DNA of 64,000 nucleotides from Escherichia coli (GTDB lineage Bacteria; Pseudomonadota; Gammaproteobacteria; Enterobacterales; Enterobacteriaceae): NCBI RefSeq assembly GCF_002854065.1, contig NZ_CP024147.1; one strand, 5' to 3'. Shown piece by piece: positions 1 to 9,771 of this stretch (position 1 is its first letter; each line of letters starts with the position of its first letter). The notes under the pieces were generated by a model. It saw only the letters and a program-made list of their open reading frames with translations, ran no database searches and was not told where the DNA came from. The position numbers and the translations under genes were made by a program.

Positions 1-355
1 TGAAAGCAATAAAGCTATCATGGCAGAATTATTTGCAACAGGTATAAATCATCAATTTGTAAATGAACTCAACGGGGAAAGACTGAGAGAACCAAACGAA
101 GTTTTTAAACGTTATGGTCGAGCAATAAGATATGATTTTCAAGTGGACAATGCAAAATATAGACGCAATAATGTAAAAGAAATAGTTTCTACTTTATTCG
201 ATAACGAAGTTAACACTGACCATTCTCAAAATATATATGTGCACTATAAGAAACTCGAAGGTAAAATTGAAGAAAGGCTTCAAAATTGCCAGACGGAATA
301 TCAAAATGAAATTAATCAACTATCTGCGTTAGGTGTTAATTTTGATGATATTTAA
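1..355 (+). CDS. 3' part of a gene whose start lies upstream of the window; by position next to mlaA probably YfdF-like hypothetical protein
   Basis: Reading frame is open from window start to the stop at 353-355; identity inferred only from synteny with mlaA/yfdC. Confidence 0.4.
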   Translation, partial: ESNKAIMAELFATGINHQFVNELNGERLREPNEVFKRYGRAIRYDFQVDNAKYRRNNVKEIVSTLFDNEVNTDHSQNIYVHYKKLEGKIEERLQNCQTEYQNEINQLSALGVNFDDI

Positions 356-496
356 AATTATTTTTCCAGTTTTTTGATTTTTCAACGACTGAATATCTGA
401 AATAGTCATGACGAACATCAGTATTTTTACATAATTACGTCCGGGTCATTGTCGGTTTATCTCCTTTTACTTGTGGTAATTGAGGGATAACAACAA

Positions 497-527
497 AAAA
501 GGTGAGTATTGCGACTCACCTTTTTTA
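497..527. terminator. Bidirectional rho-independent terminator between convergent genes
   Basis: Hairpin aaaaggtgagt-attgcg-actcacctttt flanked by A-run on one side and T-run on the other. Confidence 0.6.
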
Positions 528-535
528 TTTGTTTC

Positions 536-1291
536 TTATTCAGAATCGATATCTTTTAAATCATCCTGAATCGCTTGCGCGTTCGGATTTTCCTGCGGTT
601 TGAGTTCGCCGCCATTAGCGATGAAATCATGACGCTGGAAGTACGCTTCGCGCACCATAATATAAGGATCGGACGACTGACGCAGCAGACCGTCGGAATC
701 CAACAACTGCGCACGAGTTTCTATCCCTTCAAGCGTCCATTTACCCACAGACATCGGCCAGGTCAGCCAGGATAGAACCGGGTAAAGACCATCCGCCATA
801 TCACCACCGTCATCACGCAGCGTGAAGCTACCGTAGAACGGTAACTGGACGTACGGGCCATAACCCACGCCATAATGACCAAGCGTACTACCGAAGCGGT
901 GAGGTTCAGTCCGTTGCAGTTTCGGGTTCGCCATCCCTGCAACATCAATAAAACCACCCATCCCCAAAATGGTGTTCAGGAAAAAGCGGGTAAAGTGGAC
1001 CATCCCCTGATAAGGGTCGCCCTGCAAGAAGTAGTTCACCATCACCGCGGGTTCTTCAAGGTTGCCGGTAAAGTTGCTCAAACCGTTACGCGCCGGTTGC
1101 GGAACATAATCACGCCAGGCGACAGCGACCGGTCGAACAATATACGGGTCTAGTACGTTGAAGTTGAAGTTGTACATGGTGCGGTTGAACCCTTCTAACG
1201 GGTCAGAACGCCCTTGCTGATCTGTACCGGAACTCGCACACCCCACCAGAAGCGTAGTTCCCAGAGCAAGCGCCGACAGGCGAAGCTTCAT
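536..1291 (-). CDS. mlaA: Phospholipid-binding outer membrane lipoprotein MlaA (VacJ)
   Basis: 251-aa ORF; lipoprotein signal with lipobox LLVGC; sequence recognised as MlaA; conserved position beside yfdC. Confidence 0.9.
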   Translation of the reverse strand: MKLRLSALALGTTLLVGCASSGTDQQGRSDPLEGFNRTMYNFNFNVLDPYIVRPVAVAWRDYVPQPARNGLSNFTGNLEEPAVMVNYFLQGDPYQGMVHFTRFFLNTILGMGGFIDVAGMANPKLQRTEPHRFGSTLGHYGVGYGPYVQLPFYGSFTLRDDGGDMADGLYPVLSWLTWPMSVGKWTLEGIETRAQLLDSDGLLRQSSDPYIMVREAYFQRHDFIANGGELKPQENPNAQAIQDDLKDIDSE

Positions 1292-1584
1292 AAATGTCTC
1301 CCTGTTTTTTTATGGCTTATGCAGTTTGCCATCCATGACGGAACGATACCGTATCCGCCTGTTTAGGTGTGGGCGATTGTAACAGCACGTCAACTGATGT
1401 CCAGACGCCCTGATTTGCTGATTTGATCATAGCCTGGTAATCGCCGCCCTGTAGGCTACTTGATTCTATGGAAACAGAAAAAGGCAAACGCGGCCTTTTC
1501 TTCATTTTCAGAGTAACTCCCGCCAGTTGCGAGCAAAAAAGCCGCTACGCTTTAGTTATACGTGCTAATTCAAGAGAAGAGACC

Positions 1585-2517
1585 ATGGACAACAACAAAA
1601 TTGATCAACACAGCGACGAAATTGAAGTTGAGAGCGAAGAAAAAGAGCGCGGCAAAAAAATAGAAATAGATGAAGACCGACTCCCCTCCCGGGCGATGGC
1701 AATTCATGAGCATATCCGCCAGGATGGTGAAAAAGAGCTGGAACGCGACGCAATGGCGCTACTGTGGTCAGCCATTGCGGCGGGTCTGTCGATGGGCGCT
1801 TCGCTACTGGCAAAAGGGATATTTCATGTCGAACTGGAAGGCGTGCCGGGCAGCTTCTTGCTGGAGAATCTCGGTTATACCTTTGGTTTTATTATCGTCA
1901 TTATGGCCCGCCAGCAATTATTTACCGAAAACACCGTGACTGCGGTACTACCCGTCATGCAAAAACCGACAATGAGCAACGTTGGCTTACTTATGCGGTT
2001 ATGGGGCGTCGTGCTGCTGGGTAATATTCTCGGGACAGGTATTGCGGCGTGGGCATTTGAATATATGCCAATCTTCAATGAAGAAACTCGCGATGCATTT
2101 GTCAAAATCGGCATGGATGTGATGAAGAACACCCCCAGCGAGATGTTTGCCAACGCGATCATTTCCGGCTGGCTGATCGCCACTATGGTATGGATGTTTC
2201 CTGCAGCGGGTGCGGCAAAGATTGTGGTGATTATATTGATGACCTGGCTTATTGCCCTGGGTGACACCACTCACATCGTTGTCGGTTCTGTTGAAATCCT
2301 CTATCTGGTGTTTAACGGTACGCTGCACTGGAGCGATTTCATCTGGCCCTTCGCACTACCTACTTTAGCGGGGAACATCTGCGGCGGCACCTTTATCTTC
2401 GCGTTAATGAGTCATGCACAGATCCGTAACGACATGAGCAACAAGCGCAAAGCAGAAGCACGCCAAAAAGCAGAACGTGCGGAAAACATTAAGAAAAATG
2501 ATAAAAACCCGGCATAA
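1585..2517 (+). CDS. yfdC: Formate/nitrite transporter family inner membrane protein YfdC
   Basis: ORF 1468-2517; start placed at internal ATG 1585 (MDNNKIDQ...) giving 310 aa; multi-TM protein; lies directly upstream of argW as in E. coli. Confidence 0.85.
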   Translation: MDNNKIDQHSDEIEVESEEKERGKKIEIDEDRLPSRAMAIHEHIRQDGEKELERDAMALLWSAIAAGLSMGASLLAKGIFHVELEGVPGSFLLENLGYTFGFIIVIMARQQLFTENTVTAVLPVMQKPTMSNVGLLMRLWGVVLLGNILGTGIAAWAFEYMPIFNEETRDAFVKIGMDVMKNTPSEMFANAIISGWLIATMVWMFPAAGAAKIVVIILMTWLIALGDTTHIVVGSVEILYLVFNGTLHWSDFIWPFALPTLAGNICGGTFIFALMSHAQIRNDMSNKRKAEARQKAERAENIKKNDKNPA

Positions 2518-2592
2518 ATGGCGAGGGTTTAAGCAATCGAGCGGCAGCGTACTTACCCCGCAGTCCATTAGCGGGTATACTCATGCCGCATT

Positions 2593-2667
2593 GTCCTCTT
2601 AGTTAAATGGATATAACGAGCCCCTCCTAAGGGCTAATTGCAGGTTCGATTCCTGCAGGGGACACCA
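2593..2667 (+). tRNA. argW: tRNA-Arg (anticodon CCU)
   Basis: 75-nt sequence GTCCTCTTAGTTAAATGGATA...CCTAAGG...GGTTCGATTCCTGCAGGGGACACCA with cloverleaf features, CCU anticodon loop and CCA end. Confidence 0.9.
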
Positions 2668-2842
2668 TGCACACCTCTCCTGAAATCTACCATACCCCAC
2701 AAAAAGCCTTTATAATCAGCACATACCCTTACTTATGTTACTCAAATAGTCGCCTTAATTCTCCTCAGGGGAACGTAAATCAAGTCACATTTGGGGGCCT
2801 ATTTAGGGGCACATCTTGGTCAATCTATTGCGAGGCCCCCAG

Positions 2843-4033
2843 ATGCCACTGACAGCTCGACAAGTTGAAACAGCCAAACCCAAAGATAAAATTTATAAGA
2901 TTGCCGATGGTGGTGGGCTCTACCTTCAGGTCAATCCTAACGGCTCAAAGTACTGGCGAATGAAGTACCACTATGCGGGGAAGGAAAAGAAACTATCATT
3001 TGGCACCTATCCAACTATTACATTGGCTGAAGCTCGCAAACGTCGGGATGAAGCCAAGAAAATACATGCCGATGGTAAAGATCCCGGTGAAGTCAAGAAA
3101 GCTGAAAATCTTGAGAAAAACCTTTCCGAAGGAAGAACTTTTGCCGCAATCGCCACCGAGTGGTACAACGCAAAAGTTTCAGGCTGGTCTGCCAGCTACG
3201 CTGATTATGTCGACAGAGCATTCAAAAATAATGTGTTTCCCTACATTGGAAACAGACCCATTAGTGAAATCGAACCTCTTGAACTTCTCGCAGTTCTTCA
3301 GCGTATCGAAAGCCGAGGAGCCTGCGAGCTAGCTAATAAAGTTCGCCAACGATGTGGTGAAGTGTTTCGGTATGCCATTGTTACAGGTCGGGCACGATAC
3401 AATCCAGCTTCTGATCTGGTTATAGCAATGAAAAGCTATAAGCGAACACATTACCCTTTCCTGCTTCCTCCTGAACTACCAGAGTTTTTATACAAACTCG
3501 AAAACTACACCGGCAGTATTGTAACCCGTGAAGCTACAAAATTGTTGATGCTCACAGGGCTGAGAACAGTAGAATTACGTATGGGGGAATGGTGTGAGAT
3601 CGATTTTACCCAAAAGATATGGGAAGTTCCTCCGACCCGGATGAAAATGAGGAAGGAGCATATCGTCCCTCTGTCAGATCAGGCAATCCAGTCTCTGCAA
3701 ATCCTCAAAGAACTGACTGGAAGATACAGATACATCTTTGCCGGAAGAAATGATGTTAACAGGCCTATCAGCGATGCAAGCGTCAATATGGTTTTGAAGA
3801 AGATTGGCTATGACAAAAAAGCTACCGGGCATGGATTTCGTCATACAATGAGTACTGTTCTACACGAGCAAGGATTCAATAGTGCATGGATTGAAATGCA
3901 ACTTGCACATACGGACAAAAACAGCATTCGTGGTACATACAACCATGCTCGTTACCTTGAAGGAAGACGAGAAATGATGCAATGGTACGCTGACTACCTT
4001 GATGCTCTTCGAAAAGAGTCACCAGCTATATAA
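2843..4033 (+). CDS. P4-type tyrosine integrase (IntS-like), island integrase next to tRNA
   Basis: ORF 2816-4033; start preferred at MPLTARQVETAKP; C-terminal catalytic region with HGFRHT...HTD...Y pattern of tyrosine recombinases; sits immediately 3' of argW. Confidence 0.85.
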   Translation: MPLTARQVETAKPKDKIYKIADGGGLYLQVNPNGSKYWRMKYHYAGKEKKLSFGTYPTITLAEARKRRDEAKKIHADGKDPGEVKKAENLEKNLSEGRTFAAIATEWYNAKVSGWSASYADYVDRAFKNNVFPYIGNRPISEIEPLELLAVLQRIESRGACELANKVRQRCGEVFRYAIVTGRARYNPASDLVIAMKSYKRTHYPFLLPPELPEFLYKLENYTGSIVTREATKLLMLTGLRTVELRMGEWCEIDFTQKIWEVPPTRMKMRKEHIVPLSDQAIQSLQILKELTGRYRYIFAGRNDVNRPISDASVNMVLKKIGYDKKATGHGFRHTMSTVLHEQGFNSAWIEMQLAHTDKNSIRGTYNHARYLEGRREMMQWYADYLDALRKESPAI

Positions 4034-4702
4034 TCGCTTGATTTTAAAGGCTGACTTAACGATATCCCCCTGATAGTCATTTATCAGTTATCTAATTATT
4101 AAGTCAGCCATAATCCCCTAAGTATCATTCCTTAATCAGATTCAGCACCTTGTAATACGACCGGTTAATTTAGAAAGAGACGATAGATAAACGCTTATGA
4201 TGAAATACTAAGAAATTACTTCAGGCTCTATTAACTGGAGCTGTAATAGACAATAATTTAAATAACGCAATAGTTATATTTATATCTTAATATAAATTTC
4301 CACTGTATTTAACGTCCAGGGAGCCATCTTGAAAGGATAAAAATTCACATTATCACCATAAAATCACAACGACACCAAAACACATTTCACAACAACACCC
4401 TTGCAATAAACCTGTTTTTAACAAAAAATCAAAGACTGAAAAGAGTTTTGATTCAGAAAACCACATGAGACATGCTTAATATTTTTCAGTTTATCTAAAG
4501 GACGCGTTCATCTTTATTACAAAAATATAAGTACACTGTACTTATTAAACATCCAAAAATCACACCAGTTAATATTTCTTGTATTACTGTAATTTCTGGA
4601 AAAATTTCTTCAAAAAAAAATATAGCATACATATCTTTATATGCTATAAAAGATAAGGCAGATTTATAACATACTTGCCTCAATAGAACTATCTAAGGGT
4701 TT

Positions 4703-4730
4703 GCCTCCACATATAGTGGAGGCTTTTTTT
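4703..4730 (+). terminator. Hairpin plus T-run, terminator-like, in AT-rich non-coding stretch
   Basis: gcctccac-atata-gtggaggc followed by TTTTTTT. Confidence 0.4.
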
Positions 4731-5451
4731 ACCCAATAACAATATTATTCTGACACTTTATTCCTGTAATCAACAGCAAAAGTATCAAACCAGATGATAA
4801 TTATTTTCATATTGAGTTTTATTATTCTTTTATATTGTCAATTCTAATCATAATTTATAATAAATTTTTAATTATTATATTTGCAAAACACAATAATAAT
4901 AAATTTCTCATTTTTAATTGCAAGTAATATACCTATAACATTTCAAGAATAAACTTTCACAGGTGATTATGACCAATGATATTAACGCCGAACCAAAACA
5001 CCTACAAAGTAGTAACCAATAATAGGCATGTAACATTACTTAACACTGGAATTAAATATCATCACGCAATGTAAATATTTATAAATTAACCAGATTACAT
5101 TGACCATTTTGTTCAGTTTTATAATTATTCCAATATAATGATATTCCAGTGTAAGTAGTTCAGGTTAGTTCATTTGAATTTTATAAGTAGACATGACAAG
5201 AAGAAATATGCGTTACTTTTTTATCATTTCTGATCTTATTATCTATAAGTCGATCAAAGAAAGATTGATTACTATGAAATTTGATTCATGGAGTGACACA
5301 TGACAAAGGGGAATATATCTGAAAGAGACTTTGATATCCTGATCAAGCTATCAGGAATACATAGCGAGAAGGCAATTCTTGCTTTGAAAAAATACTATGT
5401 CGATGGGGTCATCAGGAAAATTGATCCTACCCACGTAATGTGGACACGGCC

Positions 5452-6295
5452 CTAAGCGAGATTATGGTTTTCAAATTGTTCCGGGCTGAGACCGCCACAG
5501 GCACTGTGACGACGCCAGCGATTGTAATCACACTCGATATAATTAAACACCGTTGCCCGCATTATTTCCCGGCTGCTAAAGCGTTCCCCGTGGATACATT
5601 CCACCTTCAGCGAATGAAAGAAGCTTTCCACACAGGCATTGTCATAACAGTAGACTTTCGCACTCATACTGCCACGCAGGTTGTGTCGCTTCAGCAGCGC
5701 CTGATAATCCCCTGAACAGTATTGACCACCACGGTCCGTATGAACAATGACGCTTTCCGGGCGTCTTCTCCGCCACAACGCCATTTGTAGTGCATCACAG
5801 GCCAGTTGTGCTGTCATTCGCGGTGACATCGACCAGCCAATGACGGCGCGTGACCACAGGTCGATGACTACTGCGAGATACAACCAGCCCTCATCGGTAC
5901 GCAAGTACGTGATGTCACCCGCCCACTTCTGGTTCGGGCCTCTGGCGCTGAAGTCCTGCTCCAGCAGATTCTCCAATACGGGCAGGCCATGTGCACGGTA
6001 GCTGACCGGGCTGAACTTTCGCCCGCAGCCCCTGACGACGCAGGCTGGCGGCAATGGTTTTAATATTGAACTCCGGCAGTTCGTCAGCAAGGCGGGGAGC
6101 ACCGTATCGCTGCTTTGCCTCAAAGAATGCCTTATGGACAGCGGCATCGCAGGTGAGCCGAAACTGTTGGCGAAGGCTCATCTGGTGACGACGCCTGAGC
6201 CAGACATACCAGCCGCTGCGGGCAACCCGAAGTACACGACACATCGCTTTGATGCAGAACTCTGCCCGATGATTTTCGATGAAGACATACTTCAT
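5452..6295 (-). pseudogene. insF: IS3 transposase OrfB (InsF-like), split into two frames
   Basis: N-terminal part in ORF 5915-6295 and C-terminal DDE part in ORF 5452-6147 lie in different frames with overlap, indicating a frameshift. Confidence 0.75.
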
Positions 6296-6591
6296 TTCAG
6301 GCGATTCGCGAAGTATGTCGCGGCCTTTTGGAGGATGGCCAGTTCCTCAGCCTGCTCCGCCAGTTGTCGTTTAAGGCGGACATTTTCAGCGGCCAGTTCG
6401 CTTTCGCGCTCTGACGAACTCATTTGTTGCTGCTGTTTACTGCGCCAGGCATAAAGCTGAGATTCATAAAGGCTGAGTTCACGGGCTGCGGCGGCCACAC
6501 CGATGCGTTCAGCGAGTTTCAGGGCTTCGTTACGAAATTCAGGCGAATGTTGTTCACGGGGCTTCTTGCTGATTGATACTGGTTTTGTCAT
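6292..6591 (-). CDS. insE: IS3 transposase OrfA (InsE-like)
   Basis: 99-aa [34 protein letters not shown]... with helix-turn-helix and leucine zipper typical of IS3 OrfA. Confidence 0.85.
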   Translation of the reverse strand: MTKPVSISKKPREQHSPEFRNEALKLAERIGVAAAARELSLYESQLYAWRSKQQQQMSSSERESELAAENVRLKRQLAEQAEELAILQKAATYFANRLK

Positions 6592-6767
6592 GAGTCACCT
6601 CTGGTTGAGAGTTTACTCACTTAGTCCTGTGTCCACTATTGGTGGGTAAGATCAGATCAACGAAGAGAAGATCAGCATATATGCACTAGAAACCAAAATA
6701 TCGAGCCAAGGCAATTGTTAACTTGCGTGGACAGATGCTCGTTATGTATTAAAATCCCATTGCTTAG

Positions 6768-7247
6768 TCACGAAGATAATGATCGTATGGCTTCCTTAAG
6801 GGCTGGTGAGACACGTTGATTAAGTGCTTCATTAGCCCAGTCGGATTGCACGGGTATTCTACGCAATATCACTGTGTTTAAAGCAGCAAACAAACGATGC
6901 AGTAAATGTATAGAACCGGTCGCGATAGCTGTATCCACCCACTGGTCCGCATAGAGCCATGGGGCTGAAAATAAATCAGCCATCGCCTGAGTAGCAACTT
7001 CAATAGACGCTTTTTCTAGGCAAAGAACATCACCCTGATCGCCAAAATTATGCTCAAAGTAAGGCAATCCTTCTATATTCGTGCGAATTAGAGGAAATGG
7101 GCAGCGCCCAATGCTCAGTAAAATATAGGCGTCTATACGCTGATCATCGTCACCCACCTCTGCTGACGGCAGTTTCGCTAGTTGCCCGAGTATCATCCAA
7201 CTGGTTGATTTAGAAATGACCTTTGGGATTTGATCCTCTAAATTCAC
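6768..7247 (-). CDS. C-terminal segment of the interrupted frame; unknown function
   Basis: 159-aa ORF using a GTG start; frame is continuous with the upstream 459-aa ORF apart from TAA at 7317-7319. Confidence 0.4.
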   Translation of the reverse strand: MNLEDQIPKVISKSTSWMILGQLAKLPSAEVGDDDQRIDAYILLSIGRCPFPLIRTNIEGLPYFEHNFGDQGDVLCLEKASIEVATQAMADLFSAPWLYADQWVDTAIATGSIHLLHRLFAALNTVILRRIPVQSDWANEALNQRVSPALKEAIRSLSS

Positions 7248-7316
7248 CAGAATACTCTTTGCATCATCCCCGTGTTTAGAAATCCACGCTAATCCATCCT
7301 CAATCTTTAGATTGAC

Positions 7317-8696
7317 TTATTGGTTGTCTGGCATAGCTAAAGTAAACAATCCGTTTTTTATAGGTTCTTTATATGGCTCAATGCTGAGAAGGCCCTGAAT
7401 AATTCCAAAGCTGAAATATCTCTCTTTAGCTGCCATACGGCGTATGGCTTGAGCACCGATCATATCTCCAAGATAAGTGGCGTCTAGCCGTTCGCCAAGC
7501 CAAGCCCCGGCGTCTTGAGGGTCTTGTTCTGCCCGTAAAACCAGTTCATCACAAACAGCATCCGACAGTTCCAGAAGGTAAGCTGCGGGAACTGTCGGCA
7601 CCACAACATCTTCCCATCCTGAAAGGCGAAAAATACGAACTGCCCCCATATGTTTTAACTCATTCACTACACCACGAGCTTCGTCAGAAAGTGCGTCATA
7701 CCGCACGACAAATCCATTCGCTTTAGCAAACATTAATTCTACTGAGTGGGAGTTTGTGTCAGCTAGTGCGCAGCGTGCAAGAACCCGATAATAACGAAGA
7801 AGATCATACTGACTCTCATAGCTCTTTTGCGCAGCATCTATAAGTTCCATACCGGGTGATGGAGGAAGATAGGCGATAAGATCCGTTTTCTGGTATTGAT
7901 GATTGCGCACAATGTCATCATAAATAGTGCGAAGAACCCAAGGCGAGCGGTAGTCATCGGCGTATTCTGCTCCCTGTTGAAAAACTATCCGCTGGTCCGA
8001 GAGAATCTGTTGCGCCAGCTTAAATTCATCTAGGGACATAGGCGATGTTTTAAATACCTTCGACCGGCTACCAATTGCAGACGGAGTTCGTCCGTTTGGA
8101 TTTTTCAGTAACGCGTTGGCATGATAGGTCGTCAGAACAACCACCAGCCTGTTGCCAAAACGTATACCCGCAAGTTCCTCAAGATCAGTAGCCATTTGGG
8201 AGCCTGGTTCAACGTCGTCGATAGCAAGCATAAGCGATGGACCTTCAGTGCAGTTAGACATTCGTCTTAACCAGTTACGTGCATCATTTGAGGTTAAATT
8301 CCATTCAAATTCAGCTGCAAAAAGATTGGCCAGAGCCTGAAATAGTCCTGGTCCGGAACCTCGTAACATCAGGACAGCCAAAAGATCGCTACTTTCCGTT
8401 TTTAGCGAAATTTCACGGAGGCAACTGCTTTTTCCGCTTTGTGCATCACCCTCAATGATAGTGAAAGCTGTACCCATCACAGCAGATTCAATTACAAGAG
8501 ACGTGATTTTGCGAGGAAAAAGTAGGTTGTTGGCAAATGGATGTTCTGAATGCCCAGGCTGATCAGTTATATCAATCAGCAGCCGGGCTGTTTCTTCTCG
8601 CACAGCTGGCACCCAAGCATTAGTTTCTCGCCCCATCAAGGCTTCAATAGCCCAGCGCATGTCAGCCGCCGCCAACTTTGCAGAATTGGCGAGCAT
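7317..8696 (-). CDS. Central segment of the interrupted frame; P-loop NTPase-like protein
   Basis: 459-aa ORF; Walker A-like GDAQSGKS and Walker B-like LMLAIDDVE; same frame as 8829-9128 and 6768-7247. Confidence 0.5.
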   Translation of the reverse strand: MLANSAKLAAADMRWAIEALMGRETNAWVPAVREETARLLIDITDQPGHSEHPFANNLLFPRKITSLVIESAVMGTAFTIIEGDAQSGKSSCLREISLKTESSDLLAVLMLRGSGPGLFQALANLFAAEFEWNLTSNDARNWLRRMSNCTEGPSLMLAIDDVEPGSQMATDLEELAGIRFGNRLVVVLTTYHANALLKNPNGRTPSAIGSRSKVFKTSPMSLDEFKLAQQILSDQRIVFQQGAEYADDYRSPWVLRTIYDDIVRNHQYQKTDLIAYLPPSPGMELIDAAQKSYESQYDLLRYYRVLARCALADTNSHSVELMFAKANGFVVRYDALSDEARGVVNELKHMGAVRIFRLSGWEDVVVPTVPAAYLLELSDAVCDELVLRAEQDPQDAGAWLGERLDATYLGDMIGAQAIRRMAAKERYFSFGIIQGLLSIEPYKEPIKNGLFTLAMPDNQ

Positions 8697-8828
8697 CTTG
8701 TTTACCGCTGCCGAGGCATCCTGTCCACCCGACCACTGTTGTCCATTACTTGAGTCATAAACGCGCGTATCTTTACCGTTCGTAACTACAACGAGAGGCG
8801 GACGTGGTGTTAACTGGTTAGCGTAGCT

Positions 8829-9128
8829 TTAAGCCTGTTCATAATCATCATGGGTCAGTGTCAGGTCTTCACGTTTCAGTTCAATAACCGCAAGTGGTCT
8901 CTCCCGATGAAAGATCAAAACATCCGCTCGCCCGTATTTTTTCCAGTGTGCGGCGCTATCTATTTTGTAAGTTCCATGGCCTAGCCGAACGGTAAAATGG
9001 CGCTGTTCGATAAGATCTTCGCGAGGAATGTTAGGAAATGCTATGTTTAGTGCTGAAGTAAGCCGGCTTTCTAGCTCGGCTTCAGTTCGAACGAGTGGAG
9101 AGCCCGTTTTTGATTGCATACTTTTCAT
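8829..9128 (-). CDS. N-terminal segment of an interrupted large frame; PD-(D/E)xK nuclease-like motif
   Basis: 99-aa ORF; ...GRADVLIF...PLAVIELKRED resembles a D...E-x-K restriction-endonuclease-fold core; ends at in-frame TAA 8829-8831, after which the same frame stays open. Confidence 0.45.
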   Translation of the reverse strand: MKSMQSKTGSPLVRTEAELESRLTSALNIAFPNIPREDLIEQRHFTVRLGHGTYKIDSAAHWKKYGRADVLIFHRERPLAVIELKREDLTLTHDDYEQA

Positions 9129-9771
9129 GACAAAGTATCCTCAGATATTAGTCATTGGCTAAGTTTTTATTTCACTTACTACCTTTCCAGATTAATGCGA
9201 AGACGCATAGCATTGGATTAACGGATGTGAAATGGATTATTGACAAGCAAAGTAACTTTTTCCGCATAACTATCAATTGATTAGCTGAAGAAAGGGAATA
9301 TGATTTAGTTCACTCAGGTTTCTCCAGCACGATGTGCAGATGCTAAAGCCACGATTAATTCTAAAGCAGATTAATATAACCCTGAAACAGGCAGAGCAGG
9401 AAACGCCTGTATCGGAAGTATGCCGCATGACCGCCCCCGATAACTCACACCGAATGCCAATAGGAATGTCAGCCCCTCGCTCATAGCAGACCTTCGGGCC
9501 TGGCAGCTTAGTGCCAAGAACACTCCCCAGTGGCCTATCGGCAAGTGTAAGCGTACGAATATCGCCTCCGTGCTACACAGTAGACGACTACATTTTCGAC
9601 GCATGAGCAAATCGTGGCTTTAGTTGTCTAAAACCAGTGCTTCAACACTTTTTTTTCACCAAACAACGCATCGTAGAAGCACTAGTTGGATTCCACAGGC
9701 TTACGTAAACAAATAGCGCTAACGGCTAAGCTGGTCCATTAGACGCTCAATCATCCTCGCAAGAGGTATAG

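Larger units (their letters stand above)
5422..6653 (-). mobile_element. IS3 insertion sequence, slightly shortened copy with disrupted orfB
   Basis: Terminal inverted repeats TGATCCTACCCACG... at 5422 and ...GGTGGGTAAGATCA at 6653; encodes IS3 OrfA and OrfB-like products; no matching target-site duplication seen. Confidence 0.85.

Noticed and set aside
575..1153. Three plus-strand ORFs (575-775, 875-1153) and one minus-strand ORF (763-957) overlapping mlaA
   Set aside because: Lie inside or antisense to the well-supported mlaA coding sequence; no independent features; typical shadow ORFs.
9371..9610. 79-aa minus-strand ORF in the 9129-9771 intergenic region
   Set aside because: Cys/Arg-rich translation with no start context or motif; region is reported as possible regulatory or non-coding instead.
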